A DNA stretch of 64,000 bases from the NCBI GenBank assembly GCA_963666215.2, contig CAXWPL010000005.1:480001-544000 (forward strand), written 5' to 3'. Shown one piece after another: positions 62,623-64,000 of the stretch. The DNA is from Acidobacteriota bacterium. GTDB lineage: Bacteria; Acidobacteriota; UBA890; WLXD01. A program made the position numbers and the translations under genes. The notes below the pieces were generated by a model, which had not been told where the DNA came from, did no database searches, and saw only the letters and a program-made list of their open reading frames with translations. Within the stretch, counting starts at the first letter, position 1. Every line of letters begins with the position of its first letter.

Positions 62623-63348
62623 TTACCGCTGGCACGCGGCGAGCTGCAGCACCAGCAGCCGGCCGGCCCAAACGATTGCCCCCAGCATCATGGCGAAGCC
62701 CGCCCAGTGAACCGACAGCGCGATGGTGTGATCCCACGCGAGCAAGCCGGTCCAGCCGAGCAGGTTGTGCCAGTCGTGGTAGCCGGGGGCGTCCTGTCCA
62801 ATCACGCCGCCGAGCAGCGGCAGCACCTGCTCGCTTGCATCGTTGATGTAGGGCGCCAGGCCGAGCATGGCCTCGCCGCTCCACCACAACATCATCGCGG
62901 CGGCGAAGGCGTCGAGATGAGGGCCCAGGAACGCGGCCAGGCAGGCGAGTGGTATCAGCACCTCGAAAGCAGAGCCCCCGAGGACACCGATGAACCGACC
63001 GAAGATTCCGCTGATCCAGTGGCCAGCCTCGCGAAAGATGAGGTTGATGCCGTGGATAAAGTTGAACAGATCGCCGCGCGGCTGCAGGCCGTCGACGGAA
63101 TAGGCGGCGAAGCTGACGCTACAGACGAGCAACCAGAACACGACGCCGGTACGCAGCGCCACGCCTGGCAACGAGACTCCCGACGGAACGTGCATCGCCC
63201 TGCGGCCGAACTCCGCGACCAGACGGTCGGCGCCGGGAAGACCGACCCAAAACGACGGAGGCGCGGCGATCTCGTCTCCGTCGCCGGAGCGTGAGCGAAC
63301 CGCGGTATCAGGAGAGGCATAGGCCCGGGTGTAGCTACCCATACCCAC
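62623..63348 (-). CDS. Membrane protein, M50-like (HEAGH...HDW type) with REAGH variant
   Basis: INLIFREAGH, LGGS, YINDA...LPLLGG...HDW.NLL. Confidence 0.65.
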   Translation of the reverse strand: MGMGSYTRAYASPDTAVRSRSGDGDEIAAPPSFWVGLPGADRLVAEFGRRAMHVPSGVSLPGVALRTGVVFWLLVCSVSFAAYSVDGLQPRGDLFNFIHGINLIFREAGHWISGIFGRFIGVLGGSAFEVLIPLACLAAFLGPHLDAFAAAMMLWWSGEAMLGLAPYINDASEQVLPLLGGVIGQDAPGYHDWHNLLGWTGLLAWDHTIALSVHWAGFAMMLGAIVWAGRLLVLQLAACQR

Positions 63349-63444
63349 GAGCTTAGCGAGCCGAAAGGCGCAGTCCCTAGCCGCTTCTGCCGACGCCCGA
63401 AATTCGACTGCCAGGGCAAGCCACAGCGTTGACGAGTTGGCTGG

Positions 63445-63957
63445 TTACTCGACCGTGATGGTGATGGCCTCGCTGAACCCTGGCCCATCGAGCGTGCGGT
63501 GCTCGCCGTCGCCAACCTGCACACAAAAACGATGCTCGCCGGGCTCGAGCGGCACTTCGATCTCGTTCGAGCCGTCACCGAAGTGGATCCAAGGGGCCGC
63601 AGAGGGAATCACGATCCCCGGCTCGAGGCAGTCACCGTCGACAGCAACGTGGAAGTGACCGGCGCCTGTGTGGATAGCCCCGTCGCCAACCGGCTCCACC
63701 ATGAAGTTCTCGCTACCGAAGGTGAACGTCACGGGGCTGCTGACGGTGCTGCCGTCGAGCGGCTGGACGAAGAACACCCGCGGCTCGCCCATCGTCGGCT
63801 CGGGCTCTTCCGCTTCCGGCTCCGGAGCCTCCTCCGGCGTACGTGCACAGGCCGGCGCATGCGCCACCATCGCCGCCAGCAGCACACACGTTGCCGCTCG
63901 CGCGAGCGCCGGAGATGCAAAATTCCACAGCCTAGGGTCGATTGTCATCATGTCCAT
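63445..63957 (-). CDS. DUF4399-domain exported protein
   Basis: VFF..P.DG.TVSSPV...FG, GHFH, IHFG.G, L.PGEH...Q.GDG.H. Confidence 0.8.
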   Translation of the reverse strand: MDMMTIDPRLWNFASPALARAATCVLLAAMVAHAPACARTPEEAPEPEAEEPEPTMGEPRVFFVQPLDGSTVSSPVTFTFGSENFMVEPVGDGAIHTGAGHFHVAVDGDCLEPGIVIPSAAPWIHFGDGSNEIEVPLEPGEHRFCVQVGDGEHRTLDGPGFSEAITITVE

Positions 63958-64000
63958 CCTTGGCAAGCCGCGATGGCTCTCAATCGGCGCGGCGGGCGTC

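Overview
High-GC bacterial chromosomal window. The gene repertoire (PQQ dehydrogenase, ECF/anti-sigma/HEAT module, cytochrome c-beta-barrel, sulfatase-like protein) suggests an Acidobacteriota-like organism, which is inference. It holds about 50 mostly metabolic and periplasmic genes and five IS copies or fragments (two IS481, one IS3, two IS256), two of which interrupt host genes near their 3' ends. There is also a 3' half of an initiator tRNA-Met, and many small frameshifts that may be long-read assembly errors. Best candidate for an undescribed system (31737-36392): a near-palindromic DtxR/SirR/MntR-like operator precedes an atypical di-heme cytochrome c peroxidase-family gene and a PhnDCE-fold ABC transporter whose binding protein has oxyanion-binding residues replaced by Glu/Tyr/His, suggesting redox-coupled metal uptake. 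Other highlights are a UGA-recoded UxxC selenoprotein with a SECIS-like hairpin that the ORF track truncates, a 62-aa bacterial histone, a CarH/LitR-like regulator with an 11-bp-periodic operator facing an orphan gene, tandem Tat-exported aminotransferases coupled to a PQQ dehydrogenase, and a penicillin-acylase/D-aminoacylase fusion. All family assignments come from motif recognition, not database searches.
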